A stretch of 64,000 bases of DNA from an uncultured cyanobacterium (GCA_963703315.1 OY969811.1:1952001-2016000), one strand, 5' to 3'; shown: positions 38,986 to 49,027, numbered from the stretch's first letter. Program-made: numbers and translations. Notes: generated by a model not told the origin, from the letters alone.

Positions 38986-39047
38986 ATTACATTTTGTAGT
39001 GTATTCAATCAACTCATGCACGAAGTCAAGCGATCGCCTGTCATAGT
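38986..39047 (+). promoter_or_regulatory. Island promoter motif, copy E
   Basis: TTCAATCAA CTCATGCA CGAAGTCAA gcgatcgcc TGt CATAGT. Confidence 0.7.
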
Positions 39048-39066
39048 TAAAACTTTACATAAGAGA

Positions 39067-40005
39067 ATGATATTCATCCAAACATGGCGATTTATAGTAT
39101 TGATATTAGCTGTATTTGGCTTAGGTTTATCTATGAACTATTTGCTGAAGTTACCGCCAATTGCCATGATCAGCATTCTGATCGTAGCCATATTAGTAAT
39201 TATCGTCATTTATGCTCGCGATCGCTGGCAGTCTGAGACTGACAAATTACGAGTAAAATTGACAAACGGACAACAACCAATTCAACCTAAAACCTATGAT
39301 GCTCAAGAGATTGTAGATTTACCAGAGCCTGTACAGCGATATTTTAAGGCTGTGCTTCAGGATGGACAGGCGATCGCTACCGAGGTAGAACTCTCTCAGC
39401 ATGGACAGTTTCACATGAATGAAACCGAGACTAAATGGCATAAGTTTACTGCTACGCAACTTGTAGTTACCCAAAGGCTAGGTTTTGATTGGGATGCCAA
39501 AATTGAGATGATTCCCTTTGTAAATGTATTTGTCCATGATACCTATCTTCTAGGAGAAGGAACTCTACAAGCTTCCATACTTAGTCTTTTCACGGTTGCC
39601 AAAATGCACAATACGCCCGAATTAAATCAGGGTGAATTATTACGATTCCTTGCGGAAACGGTTTGGTATCCGACAGCATTGTTACCTAGTCAGGGTGTGG
39701 TCTGGGAAGCGATCGATCAGCATTCTAGCCGCGCCACTTTGACCGATGGCAAAACCACTGCCTCGGTTGTGTTTCAGTTTGATGCTGAAGGATTAATTAC
39801 CAGTATGCGTGCCGATGCTCGTTGTTATCGCGTAGTTGGTGATAAATCGATGTTTATGCCTTGGGTCGGTAATTTTCGAGAATATGCAATTTGTAATGGA
39901 ATGCGAATTCCCTTAGAAGGTGAAGTGGGTTGGGAACATCCAGAAGGGCTTCGACTTTATTTTAAAGGAAAGATTACAGAGATTAGTTATAAGTTCGCAT
40001 TGTAA
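39067..40005 (+). CDS. DUF6920/DUF6544-like protein with N-terminal anchor
   Basis: LPEPVQRYF, GFDWDA, RFLAETVWYPTALLP, GMRIP; start placed after the promoter motif rather than at 38911. Confidence 0.75.
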   Translation: MIFIQTWRFIVLILAVFGLGLSMNYLLKLPPIAMISILIVAILVIIVIYARDRWQSETDKLRVKLTNGQQPIQPKTYDAQEIVDLPEPVQRYFKAVLQDGQAIATEVELSQHGQFHMNETETKWHKFTATQLVVTQRLGFDWDAKIEMIPFVNVFVHDTYLLGEGTLQASILSLFTVAKMHNTPELNQGELLRFLAETVWYPTALLPSQGVVWEAIDQHSSRATLTDGKTTASVVFQFDAEGLITSMRADARCYRVVGDKSMFMPWVGNFREYAICNGMRIPLEGEVGWEHPEGLRLYFKGKITEISYKFAL

Positions 40006-40083
40006 GTACACTTTACCCAATGGGATTAGTCCTGATCATCAACTTCATATCCAATTCACAATATCAGTAATAGTAATAATAAT

Positions 40084-42357
40084 ATGTCTAACATAAATGA
40101 CCTCAATCTAATTGAACCCGTTGCGATTGAAGTCGGGGGTAGGACTTTTATTCCTGTTGATCAAAATCAAATTTCACCTTGGGTTTGCCTCATTAGTGAA
40201 CATCCCATCTCAACACTGACCCTCAAAGATGATGATTTATTCTTGATTACCGATACTTTGGGCAATATTTCTGACCTTAGCTGCCGCATTGGTGGTATTG
40301 AGGACAGTATGGGCTTATTTTGTCGGGATACGCGATTTCTAAGTCGTCTAGAGTTACAAATTGATCGGCGATCGCCAATTTCGTTTAGTAGCACTGCCCA
40401 TAAAGGTTTTGCGATGACAGTTTTATGTTCTAATCCAGAGATTAATGATCAAGATGGTAAACAAATCAAATCGGAAACCATTGGCATCCATCGCGAAATT
40501 TTGATCAAGGGTGGATTGTTTGAAGAGATGCAAGTCACTAATTACAATACGCATCCTATTAGTTTTACGCTGAGTCTGAGTTTTGATGCGGATTTTTTAG
40601 ATGTATTTGAAGTACGAGGATCTAAGCGCGAAAAAAGAGGGATTTTATTAAGTTACCTACCTGAACCAGCCAAAAATTCGGCGGAACTTTTATTTAAAGA
40701 AATAGTGCTTGCCTATGAGGGATTAGATGGAGCTTTAATGGAGTCACGGATTCAATTTAATGCCCGTCAACCCGATGAAATTCTTGGCTATACCGCAGTT
40801 TGGCAACTGAATTTAGCAGCCCATGAAGCGATCGCTTTAGGATATCGGATTCATTTGTTTACAGATAACCATCCTACTTCTGTCGTTAGTGTTCCCGATA
40901 CATTTTCTCAGGCAAAAGCAGAAGAGTTATTGGAAGAGAAGCTATGGATGGATCAAATCACGAGGATTCAGACGGATAATAAATCTCTAAATGAGGTGAT
41001 TGATCGCGCTGTACAGGATATTTATTTGCTACGGCAGACATCAGAAAAGAATAACTTCCTTTCGGCAGGAGTACCTTGGTTTTCGACTTTGTTTGGTCGA
41101 GATTCAATTATTTCGGCTTCTCAAACTCTCGTTTTAGATCCGATGATTGCCCGTGATACGCTGCTGATTTTGGCACATTTTCAAGGAAAGGTAGATAACG
41201 AATGGCGCGATGAGCAGAAAGGCAAAATCCTCCATGAAATTAGGCTTGGTGAAATGGCACGATGTCATGAAGTTCCTCATGATCCTTACTATGGAACCGT
41301 TGATGCAACACCACTTTGGTTAATGCTCTACGCCGAATATTTTGCATGGACGGCTGACCAAACAACGCTAGATCAGCTATGGGCAAATGCCATCTCAGCG
41401 ATGTCTTGGATCGATCGCAACTCCAAGGAAACTGGCTATCTAAGCTATCAAAGAACTTCAGCGAAAGGTTTGGTTAATCAGGGATGGAAGGATTCTGATA
41501 ATTGTATTGTGAATCGCAATGGTGAACTAGCGAAAGGTGCTATTTCTTTATGCGAAGTGCAAGGCTATGTCTATGCTGCCAAAATTCGCATGAGTGAGTT
41601 AGCCGAGAGAAAGCAGTTGTTTGACCTTGCCGAACTTTGGCGATCGCAGGCAAAAGATTTAAAAACTCGCTTTAATCAAGATTTTTGGCTTCCTGATCAA
41701 GACTTTTGCGCTCTGGCTCTGGATGGCGATGGTAAACCCGTTGACAGTATTACTTCTAACCCTGGACATTGTTTGCACCTCGGCATTTTTGATCATGAAA
41801 AGGTTCTCAGTGTATCGGCCCGTTTAAATGAGCCTGATATGTTTAATGGCTGGGGAGTACGGACACTCAGCAATCTCTCTCCTGCCTATAATCCGATGGG
41901 CTATCACATTGGTTCCGTTTGGCCTCATGATAATAGTCTGATTGCCTTGGGTATGCGATCGCAAAGTCTGGTTAAGCAATCATTGCGAATTGCTCAAGGC
42001 TTGATTGATATGACAATCTCCCAGCCATATCATCGACCACCTGAACTATTTTGCGGCTATGAGCATGATGGATTTACTTCGCCAGTCCAATATCCTGTCG
42101 CCTGTTCTCCGCAAGCTTGGGCAACGGGAACGATCTTCCAATTAATTTCGATTATGGTTAATTTTGTGCCTGATGCTAACAATAACCAACTTCACATTAT
42201 CGATCCCTGTTTACTAAATTCTATTAATCGTCTCTCGATTCAGAATTTGCGAATTGGACAGACATTGCTAGATTTGGAGTTTGAACGCTATGGCGACACT
42301 ACCGCCTGTCGAGTCAACAAAAAACGTGGCAATCTCCGCGTGATTATTGAGGCATAA
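40084..42357 (+). CDS. Amylo-alpha-1,6-glucosidase / glycogen-debranching family protein
   Basis: DTRFLS, AGVPWFSTLFGRDS, GKILHE, NQGWKDS, YHIGSVWPHDN, ACSPQAWA. Confidence 0.9.
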   Translation: MSNINDLNLIEPVAIEVGGRTFIPVDQNQISPWVCLISEHPISTLTLKDDDLFLITDTLGNISDLSCRIGGIEDSMGLFCRDTRFLSRLELQIDRRSPISFSSTAHKGFAMTVLCSNPEINDQDGKQIKSETIGIHREILIKGGLFEEMQVTNYNTHPISFTLSLSFDADFLDVFEVRGSKREKRGILLSYLPEPAKNSAELLFKEIVLAYEGLDGALMESRIQFNARQPDEILGYTAVWQLNLAAHEAIALGYRIHLFTDNHPTSVVSVPDTFSQAKAEELLEEKLWMDQITRIQTDNKSLNEVIDRAVQDIYLLRQTSEKNNFLSAGVPWFSTLFGRDSIISASQTLVLDPMIARDTLLILAHFQGKVDNEWRDEQKGKILHEIRLGEMARCHEVPHDPYYGTVDATPLWLMLYAEYFAWTADQTTLDQLWANAISAMSWIDRNSKETGYLSYQRTSAKGLVNQGWKDSDNCIVNRNGELAKGAISLCEVQGYVYAAKIRMSELAERKQLFDLAELWRSQAKDLKTRFNQDFWLPDQDFCALALDGDGKPVDSITSNPGHCLHLGIFDHEKVLSVSARLNEPDMFNGWGVRTLSNLSPAYNPMGYHIGSVWPHDNSLIALGMRSQSLVKQSLRIAQGLIDMTISQPYHRPPELFCGYEHDGFTSPVQYPVACSPQAWATGTIFQLISIMVNFVPDANNNQLHIIDPCLLNSINRLSIQNLRIGQTLLDLEFERYGDTTACRVNKKRGNLRVIIEA

Positions 42358-42396
42358 AATAAGTGCCGCAAATAAGTGCCGCGCACTGCGCGGCAC

Positions 42397-43104
42397 TTAT
42401 TTTCTGATAATTACCTCTGGCTGATTAAATTCGTGGGATTGATGAAAGATCGCGTTCATTCTTAATGCACCTGCGAGAGTCGCTGAACCATAGATGACAA
42501 TACTCACAGGAATGTTATAGAACGAAGCTTCAATCCCGATCCCATAGCTTAGCGCTACCAATAAAAATGTTTTTTGGATAGAGCGGACTAATTTTCGATT
42601 AATTTTTTCATCAATTAAGCGATTCTTCCGAGTTATATATTCCCAGTCCAGATATTGAATTACGCCTGTGACTAATAGATTGACACCATAAAAAGTCGTA
42701 GCAGAACGATGGGAAAGATTTTCTCCTAACAATGATGCTGAAAAAGGAATTAAGGAAATAGACATCAAAAATAGAAGGTTCAGCCAAATATGAGTGCGAT
42801 CGCAGCGAGAAACGTAATGAGACACCATTTGATGCTGAAACCACAGTAGCCCAAGAATTGTAAAACTCAGAAAGTAAGTAAAAAACTTAGGGAGTAGTGT
42901 AATCAGGTGCTGCGTCAGTTCGACATCTGACTGCACATGAAATGTCTTAATATCCAGTACTAATAGGGTTAATGCGATCGCGAAAAATGCATCGACTAGA
43001 GCATCGATACGATGGTTGCTGATATCCGCATTTCCAGATCCTGAAGAAATTATATTTCTTGTGCCTCTAAATAAACTTACCAAACGGAATGAGGGAAAAC
43101 GCAT
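42397..43104 (-). CDS. TMEM175 (DUF1211) family protein
   Basis: RIDALVDAFFAIALTLLVLDI; YFLSF..LGLLWFQH. Confidence 0.85.
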   Translation of the reverse strand: MRFPSFRLVSLFRGTRNIISSGSGNADISNHRIDALVDAFFAIALTLLVLDIKTFHVQSDVELTQHLITLLPKFFTYFLSFTILGLLWFQHQMVSHYVSRCDRTHIWLNLLFLMSISLIPFSASLLGENLSHRSATTFYGVNLLVTGVIQYLDWEYITRKNRLIDEKINRKLVRSIQKTFLLVALSYGIGIEASFYNIPVSIVIYGSATLAGALRMNAIFHQSHEFNQPEVIIRK

Positions 43105-43117
43105 TTTCTATCACTGG

Positions 43118-43627
43118 TTATTTGCGACTAAACCATTTAGCAGCGATCGCTCCCAAAGCGGCTCCTACAATAGGATTACTCAGAAATTTTACAAGTGCTG
43201 GTTGAATGGCTAAAACTTCTTGAAAAATATCAGGATGCGTGTGGTAAGCAAAACTAGCCAGCTTCGCCACATCTTCGGGAGTCATGCGGCTAGGATTATG
43301 GCTAGACAATCCTAATTGCCGTTCGAGATCTCGCTCACTCAGACCGCGCTTTTTCAGATGTTTGAAGAATTCTCTAGCTACATCATCTCGCTGGTTAGGT
43401 TGAATACCTGCAACCGCTTTTTGTAATTCTGGTTCCATTTCGGCTGGAGTAATGCGATCGGATTGAAAGAAGTTACTAAATAAATTACGACGCTCTTCGC
43501 GAGTCGATCTTTGAGCAAAATCATCAAAGTTCTGATAATCTTCGGTCTCATCGGGTAGGGTTTCTTTGTTCCCACCTGCCAAATCTTTCATGATTTGACG
43601 CTTATATTCATCGCTAGAATTTGGCAT
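43118..43627 (-). CDS. Conserved hypothetical protein
   Basis: Clean 169-aa ORF; FLSNPIVGAALGAIAAKW tail. Confidence 0.75.
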   Translation of the reverse strand: MPNSSDEYKRQIMKDLAGGNKETLPDETEDYQNFDDFAQRSTREERRNLFSNFFQSDRITPAEMEPELQKAVAGIQPNQRDDVAREFFKHLKKRGLSERDLERQLGLSSHNPSRMTPEDVAKLASFAYHTHPDIFQEVLAIQPALVKFLSNPIVGAALGAIAAKWFSRK

Positions 43628-43783
43628 GGTTGTTATGTTAGTTTAGATATTAATGCTAAATTTGATTTGGGATAGGCGGCGCTTTGCGCCGCCTATCCCA
43701 AATCAATAGATTTTTAAAAGTGTTGCTTTGCGACACTTTTAAAAATCTATTGATTTGGATTGGAAAGAATGAGACTGTGAGTT

Positions 43784-44080
43784 TCAAGTAGTTCCTGCTT
43801 TATCCCAAGCATCTCGAACTGCGTCTATAACCTTATTCCAAGCTAATCCAGTCGCACCCTTCTGGGCTAAAATCGCCTCATAATCTAGTTTGAGTTCAGC
43901 TTCTGCTTCATCAAAACTTTTGCCAAGATAGCGATCGTAGCCTTCATGTCCCGTTTGATAAGCAGGTTGATAGTCTACATAGGGAGTCTCTTTTTCGATG
44001 TAAGGACGAGAACCATAATTCTCCTGCCAATAAGCATCATAAGAATCTTTAGGGTTAACAGTTGTGGTTTGATTATTCAT
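43784..44080 (-). CDS. Hypothetical stress-associated protein
   Basis: DAYWQENY.SRPY...YQPAY..G...AVRDAWD. Confidence 0.75.
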   Translation of the reverse strand: MNNQTTTVNPKDSYDAYWQENYGSRPYIEKETPYVDYQPAYQTGHEGYDRYLGKSFDEAEAELKLDYEAILAQKGATGLAWNKVIDAVRDAWDKAGTT

Positions 44081-44156
44081 TATCATCTCAAGTAAAGTAT
44101 CAAGCAAAATCAATCAGTGAGCAAAGCACCGCTCACTAACTACTCTTACAAATTGT

Positions 44157-44594
44157 TTAGCTTGCTTGTTGATATTCAATTTGCTGGGACTGACTATCAT
44201 ATCGAGCGGTTAAAATCAGCTTTTTGTCAGGGGCATAGACAAAAACTGTTAAGTCTTGATTGGGAAAATTGTGCCTAAAGCCTTGAGTCAAAGATTGAGC
44301 TAAAGTTTTCACTTCTGTCGGTCGAACTTCAGATGAAATCACGACTCCTAACTTGTTGCGATCGCGCATATAAGCATCCTTAATCAAACCTTTACTAGTT
44401 TTAAGCACCCAATTACTAAAATCTTGCTCTGTGGAAGAGTTACCTTGAGCTAACTGACTGTATTCTGAACCTTGATTGGTTTTTACTAGATTAGAAGATT
44501 GAGTTTGCGAAGATTCACAAGCAGTTGTAAAGGTCAAAATTAGCATCAGAGCCAACATTCCTAAAATCTTCCGAGCTTGGTAAAACATATTCAT
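44157..44594 (-). CDS. Hypothetical lipoprotein
   Basis: Lipobox TTAC; NFPNQDLTVFVYAPDK. Confidence 0.75.
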   Translation of the reverse strand: MNMFYQARKILGMLALMLILTFTTACESSQTQSSNLVKTNQGSEYSQLAQGNSSTEQDFSNWVLKTSKGLIKDAYMRDRNKLGVVISSEVRPTEVKTLAQSLTQGFRHNFPNQDLTVFVYAPDKKLILTARYDSQSQQIEYQQAS

Positions 44595-44649
44595 ATAGCT
44601 TCCTGACTAAATAATAGAGATTCACATGACTATACATTTTGTCTTCTAT

Positions 44650-45003
44650 CTATCCAATGTTTTTCTCAGCAAAGTACTTATTCAAGAAAGTACTGACAAA
44701 AGATAGAACGATGGGAGCTAGAATCAAGGCTAGTATGCCATTCATGGTAAATCCAGGAACGATAACTGAAGCCAGCCAAAGTAATATTCCATTTACAACA
44801 AATGAAAACAAACCTAAAGTAATGAAAGTAAGTGGTAGGGATAAAAATTTAACAATCGGTGCAATGAAAGCATTTACAAATCCAATCACGACCGCAGCTA
44901 TTAACGCCGCAGGGAAGTTCGCAATGTCCACGCCTGGGACGACCATATCAACCACAAGAAGTCCTAAAGCGGTTGCCAGTATTGTGACAAGGTATCCAAT
45001 CAT
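44650..45003 (-). CDS. YvlD/DUF360 four-helix membrane protein (so-called phage holin family)
   Basis: VPGV, NAFIAP, LSLPLTFITLGLF..VVNG. Confidence 0.85.
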   Translation of the reverse strand: MIGYLVTILATALGLLVVDMVVPGVDIANFPAALIAAVVIGFVNAFIAPIVKFLSLPLTFITLGLFSFVVNGILLWLASVIVPGFTMNGILALILAPIVLSFVSTFLNKYFAEKNIG

Positions 45004-45060
45004 ATTTTTCCTAAGTGTAATATTTGTAGCTAGAGTGTGGATAATACTTTGTGAAATAAT

Positions 45061-45228
45061 CTATTGATCTTGTTGTTTAGAAATCGCCCAGAGAGCGTGA
45101 ATAACACCAGGAATCCAACCTAATAGAGTTAGTCCAATATTGATCAAGAACGTAGCACTAAAACCGTAAGTCATAAAGACACCAAGTGGTGGGAGTATAA
45201 TCCCTAGAATAATTTGAATTGGTTTCAT
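45061..45228 (-). CDS. YqaE/Pmp3-family membrane peptide
   Basis: ILPPLGVF...INIGLTLLGWIPGVIHA. Confidence 0.9.
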   Translation of the reverse strand: MKPIQIILGIILPPLGVFMTYGFSATFLINIGLTLLGWIPGVIHALWAISKQQDQ

Positions 45229-45323
45229 AGTTGAGAACTCTATAAATGAACTGACAATTTGATGCGGGATTGTTTCTCTGCCAAAGGCAGAGAAACAATC
45301 CCGTGTTTGAAATGAGCTATAAA

Positions 45324-46094
45324 TCAAGACTTATTAACAACACCTTTGTTTTTCCAAAGTTCTTGCAAATTTTGCTTGATTTCCTGCTCTTTACGGGCAA
45401 CTACTGAGCCAAGTTCACCTAGATTGTGTTCAATTTCTACTTGCTTCTGCTGTAAAGGCAATATAGTTCCATTAGCTTCGGCTTCAGTTTTTTTCTGGTC
45501 GTACCAAGTTTTAGCTTTTTCCCATTGCTGCTTGACCTCGTTGTAGCGATCGCCATAACGAAGTGCCAACTTCTTGTCTAAGATGGCAAGCTGAGTCTTG
45601 AGCTTGAGATATTGCTCTTGCAAAATGCCAGATTCTTGACTCTCCTGCACATTACTGACTGCTAAATTCATTACTTTTAAATTGGGATCTATAGAATCAG
45701 TTGATTCCACTACTTGAAGGTCAATTAAGATCTCACTGATTTCCCGATCTAATTGTTCTTGCTGCTCATCTAACTGGGCTTGGATTTCTAGGAGTTTGGT
45801 GCGGCGTTGGGCGATCGCCTGTTGTCGCTGATTAGTACTTCCTGCGATCGCTCCTTCAATAGAAGCCGTAATTCTTTCGGTATTTTCTTTCCCACTTCCT
45901 TTCAAGTCCGCCATTACAATAGAAATTGCATCTTTGACAATTAGACGAATTTCACCTGTGCCTTCTTTTAATTCGGCAACTGTCTGCTCAACAGCATCTT
46001 TGACAATCTCGCGAATATGCTCAGCCCGAATCTTTCCTTCTGCTTTCGCTCTATCGAGATTAGTTGTGATTTTTTCTTTAACTGGATTAGGCAT
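45324..46094 (-). CDS. Coiled-coil hypothetical protein
   Basis: Gln/Glu/Lys-rich heptads; no catalytic motif seen. Confidence 0.7.
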   Translation of the reverse strand: MPNPVKEKITTNLDRAKAEGKIRAEHIREIVKDAVEQTVAELKEGTGEIRLIVKDAISIVMADLKGSGKENTERITASIEGAIAGSTNQRQQAIAQRRTKLLEIQAQLDEQQEQLDREISEILIDLQVVESTDSIDPNLKVMNLAVSNVQESQESGILQEQYLKLKTQLAILDKKLALRYGDRYNEVKQQWEKAKTWYDQKKTEAEANGTILPLQQKQVEIEHNLGELGSVVARKEQEIKQNLQELWKNKGVVNKS

Positions 46095-46141
46095 AGTTAA
46101 TGTTTCCAAATCTTCAGTATAGAATTTATGCATTTAATCGC

Positions 46142-46235
46142 ATTCTGACAGATAGATGTTTGAAATCATGTATATCGAGATATTGAAGAATGTCTTTATT
46201 GATTGACTTGTATGGGAATGTCGTAAATCTTTATC
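46142..46235 (-). promoter_or_regulatory. Island promoter motif, copy F (degenerate 5' half)
   Basis: rc: GATATACA TGATTTCAA acatctatc TGt CAGAAT. Confidence 0.45.
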
Positions 46236-46413
46236 ATGTCGTCAGTCTTTCTAAAACACGGGGTTGCGGCGCGAAGCGTTGCAAACCGCTTCTTCGGTTT
46301 TATACAAATGCCAACATCTATAGAATTAGAAACATCAATGTTTAGCAAAGGATTACAATAAAAGCAATTGCTGCTAAGTACCTCAGCGATGGGGTTTTAT
46401 TTTGACAATCGAA

Positions 46414-47730
46414 ATGTATGCTGAAGAAGAAATAGATCGAGAACTTAGAGTGTCCGTTCGGACTAGTCTCACAGCATCGACTATCGATGGTGGTTTATCG
46501 ACGGTTTTTAGTAATATTACTGGAGGAGTCTTACTCAGTAGTTTCTTGTTGAATTTGGGAGCGAGTCCCTTTGAGATTGGCATGGTGGCTTCGCTGCCAA
46601 TGCTTGCGAATCTTTTACAACCCCTTGGAGCATTATTATCCAATCGTACCAACAGTCGTCATGACTATGGCATCTGGACATTTCTGCCCGCTCGACTGCT
46701 CTGGCTAGTTCTGCTCATTGGCATTATTTTTAGAGGAACGCATACCGACTTCTCACCACAACTAGTGTATTTGACATTGATTTTAGTTATAGCTTCCAAT
46801 ATCTTAGCGGCGCTAGGTAGTGCTTCTTGGATGAGTTGGCTAGCTGCATTGGTTCCACCAAAACTACGCGGTCGTTACTACAGCGTTCGCAATATTGTTA
46901 GTAATCTCGCAGGTTTACTCTGTTTACCGATCGCAAGTTTTATTATTTCCCATTGGCAAGAAGGGGCGATCGCGGGTTATGGGATTGTTTTGAGTATCAG
47001 CATTCTAGCGGGTGTCGCGAGTTTGAGTTGTCAACACTTTATGGTGGATATCAATCCTCAAAAATATCAAACCGTCTGTCAATTAGAAAATCAAGCTGAA
47101 AATCAGCCAGACCAACATCACTCAAATCTATTTAATAGTCTAATCGTTCCATTTAAAGATCACAATCTTCTTGTCTTTCTTAGTTATTTTGGACTTTGGG
47201 GATTTGCCGTTAATCTCAGCACACCCTTTTTTAATCTCTATATGTTAGATAATCTCAGTGTCGATATCACTTGGGTAACGCTATTTAACAGTCTCTCTAA
47301 TGGTGCAAATATGTTGATGCTAATAGTCTGGGGAAGATTAAGCGATCGCGTAGGTAACCGACCTTTATTAATATTTGCAGGCTTAGCGATCGCGGTTACA
47401 CCTTTATTTTGGTTGCTCACAGGTATAGCCCAAGTTCAATCCCAATTATGGATCTATCTAATCCTCTTCCATCTCTTTTTGGGCGGAACTTGGGCAGCAA
47501 TTGATTTAGGAAGCAACAATATTCAGATTGCGATCGCGCCAATCCAACATCATGCGACTTTCTTTGCGATCGCCTCTGCCGTTGCGGGTATAGGCAGTGC
47601 TTTAGGCACAACCACAGGTGGAATTTTAGCGCAGTACGCTCATTATCAAGGAATTTTTGGAGTATTTTTTCTATCTGCGATTTTGCGGTTAGTGGCACTA
47701 ATCCCTTTGTGGTTCATCCATGAAAATTGA
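46414..47730 (+). CDS. MFS transporter
   Basis: About 12 helices; WGRLSDRVGNR motif A. Confidence 0.85.
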   Translation: MYAEEEIDRELRVSVRTSLTASTIDGGLSTVFSNITGGVLLSSFLLNLGASPFEIGMVASLPMLANLLQPLGALLSNRTNSRHDYGIWTFLPARLLWLVLLIGIIFRGTHTDFSPQLVYLTLILVIASNILAALGSASWMSWLAALVPPKLRGRYYSVRNIVSNLAGLLCLPIASFIISHWQEGAIAGYGIVLSISILAGVASLSCQHFMVDINPQKYQTVCQLENQAENQPDQHHSNLFNSLIVPFKDHNLLVFLSYFGLWGFAVNLSTPFFNLYMLDNLSVDITWVTLFNSLSNGANMLMLIVWGRLSDRVGNRPLLIFAGLAIAVTPLFWLLTGIAQVQSQLWIYLILFHLFLGGTWAAIDLGSNNIQIAIAPIQHHATFFAIASAVAGIGSALGTTTGGILAQYAHYQGIFGVFFLSAILRLVALIPLWFIHEN

Positions 47731-47783
47731 AAAGTGGCAACGCTTTGCGTCGCCACTCTAAATTATCTAAATCGAATTTGATA

Positions 47784-48086
47784 TTAGGCAGGTTGAATAT
47801 CCCACCCAGTTAATTCATCCACTGAAAAAATCTGACCAACTATAATCGCTTGGGTTCCTCTTTCACGAATATGATCAATTTGCTTATTGCCGTGATCATT
47901 GACTTCAGTAATTCTAAAAACTATTTTCTGCCCATTTTCGATCACAATTCCTTCAAAAGAAATGTCTGTTGATAGATTGCCAATTGGCTCTGGATGATCG
48001 GGAGACTGAGGAAATTCAGACCCTTTGGAAATCTTTCCAGTTACTTTACCATCTAACTCAAATGCTCTTTGGGTACTTGTTTTCAT
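47784..48086 (-). CDS. Hypothetical protein
   Basis: ATG-started 100-aa ORF with normal composition. Confidence 0.55.
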   Translation of the reverse strand: MKTSTQRAFELDGKVTGKISKGSEFPQSPDHPEPIGNLSTDISFEGIVIENGQKIVFRITEVNDHGNKQIDHIRERGTQAIIVGQIFSVDELTGWDIQPA

Positions 48087-48241
48087 ATCTTTTAATAATG
48101 CTGAATGTAAATCGTTGATTTTGAGGGATAGATAAATATCTCGGCATAATTAAAAACCAGAGTTAAAGCCTGTAGTACACGCGTAGTATGTGCCACAGGC
48201 TTTAGGGTTTTATATTTAATTAAGCCTAATTACTTATTTGG

Positions 48242-48394
48242 TTAGATGCGTTGTCCTACAAATAGGTTATAAACAATCCCAATAACTGCTAAAACCAAAA
48301 GTATATGGATTAAACCACCACCAATATTAATTGAAAATCCTAATAACCAGAGAATTAGGAGTACACCAATACCAGTCCAGATTAGATTTAACAT
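48242..48394 (-). CDS. 50-aa lmo0937/DUF5670-family membrane peptide
   Basis: Below the ORF-track cutoff; LLILWLLGF...GGLIHILLVLAVI. Confidence 0.85.
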   Translation of the reverse strand: MLNLIWTGIGVLLILWLLGFSINIGGGLIHILLVLAVIGIVYNLFVGQRI

Positions 48395-48438
48395 AGTTTT
48401 CTTTTCTATTTAGATGAAATTGATTAACATTCTGTGAT

Positions 48439-48720
48439 CTACAAATCATTAATTTTTTTAGCTAACTCAATATCAAGATTACTGATGCCATCTACATCAT
48501 GAGTAGCTAGATCAATCACGACACGATTATAGACATTAAAAAATTCGGGATGGTGATCCATTTTCTCAGCGACAAAAGCAACCTTAGTCATAAAGGTAAA
48601 AGCATCAACAAAGCTATTAAACTTAAAAGCTCGATTTAACTTCTCATTGGCTAATTTCCATTCAGGTAATTTAGCGATCTCTAAGGTAACTTCTTTGTCT
48701 GTCAATTTTGTCTTAGGCAT
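48439..48720 (-). CDS. Pterin-4a-carbinolamine dehydratase
   Basis: [23 protein letters not shown]. Confidence 0.9.
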   Translation of the reverse strand: MPKTKLTDKEVTLEIAKLPEWKLANEKLNRAFKFNSFVDAFTFMTKVAFVAEKMDHHPEFFNVYNRVVIDLATHDVDGISNLDIELAKKINDL

Positions 48721-48844
48721 AAAAAAGTATTGTGTAGTAGTTTCTCAATTGAGTTAAATAAGAATATGCCCCTGTCAAATACAGGGACATATTCTTATAC
48801 TAAAAAGTAGCGATCACCCTGCGGCAGGCTAGGGTGAAAAACTA

Positions 48845-49027
48845 CTAATCAATAACTTTTTTGACTTCATCTTTGACATCTTCAGCAGCGTGGCGTACTT
48901 TAGCTTCAGCTTGTTTTGCCTTGCCTTCTACCTGATTTTTAGTGTCACCAGTCACATCTCCGACAGCTTCTTGCACTTTGCCTTCAACATTTTTAGCAGT
49001 TGCCTTAGCTCTATTTTCTAAACTCAT
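48845..49027 (-). CDS. csbD: CsbD-family stress protein
   Basis: KNVEGKVQEAVGDVTGD...EGKAKQ; AAGGAG RBS. Confidence 0.9.
   Translation of the reverse strand: MSLENRAKATAKNVEGKVQEAVGDVTGDTKNQVEGKAKQAEAKVRHAAEDVKDEVKKVID

Noticed and set aside
32203..39047. The repeated motif as a structured ncRNA or riboswitch
   Set aside because: No conserved base pairing seen; fixed spacing to TGn-xANNNT fits a DNA promoter better, although TSS data are needed
38911..39066. ORF-track N-terminal extension (likewise starts at 63166, 57344, 45327, 28588, 63543)
   Set aside because: These extensions run through promoter motifs, hairpins or REPs; downstream ATGs fit the protein families better
28651..40005. 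Integron cassette array
   Set aside because: No integrase and no attC-like site between each gene; many genes overlap or are translationally coupled
44650..45003. Prophage suggested by the holin-family label
   Set aside because: YvlD/DUF360 is a common chromosomal membrane protein; no phage genes nearby
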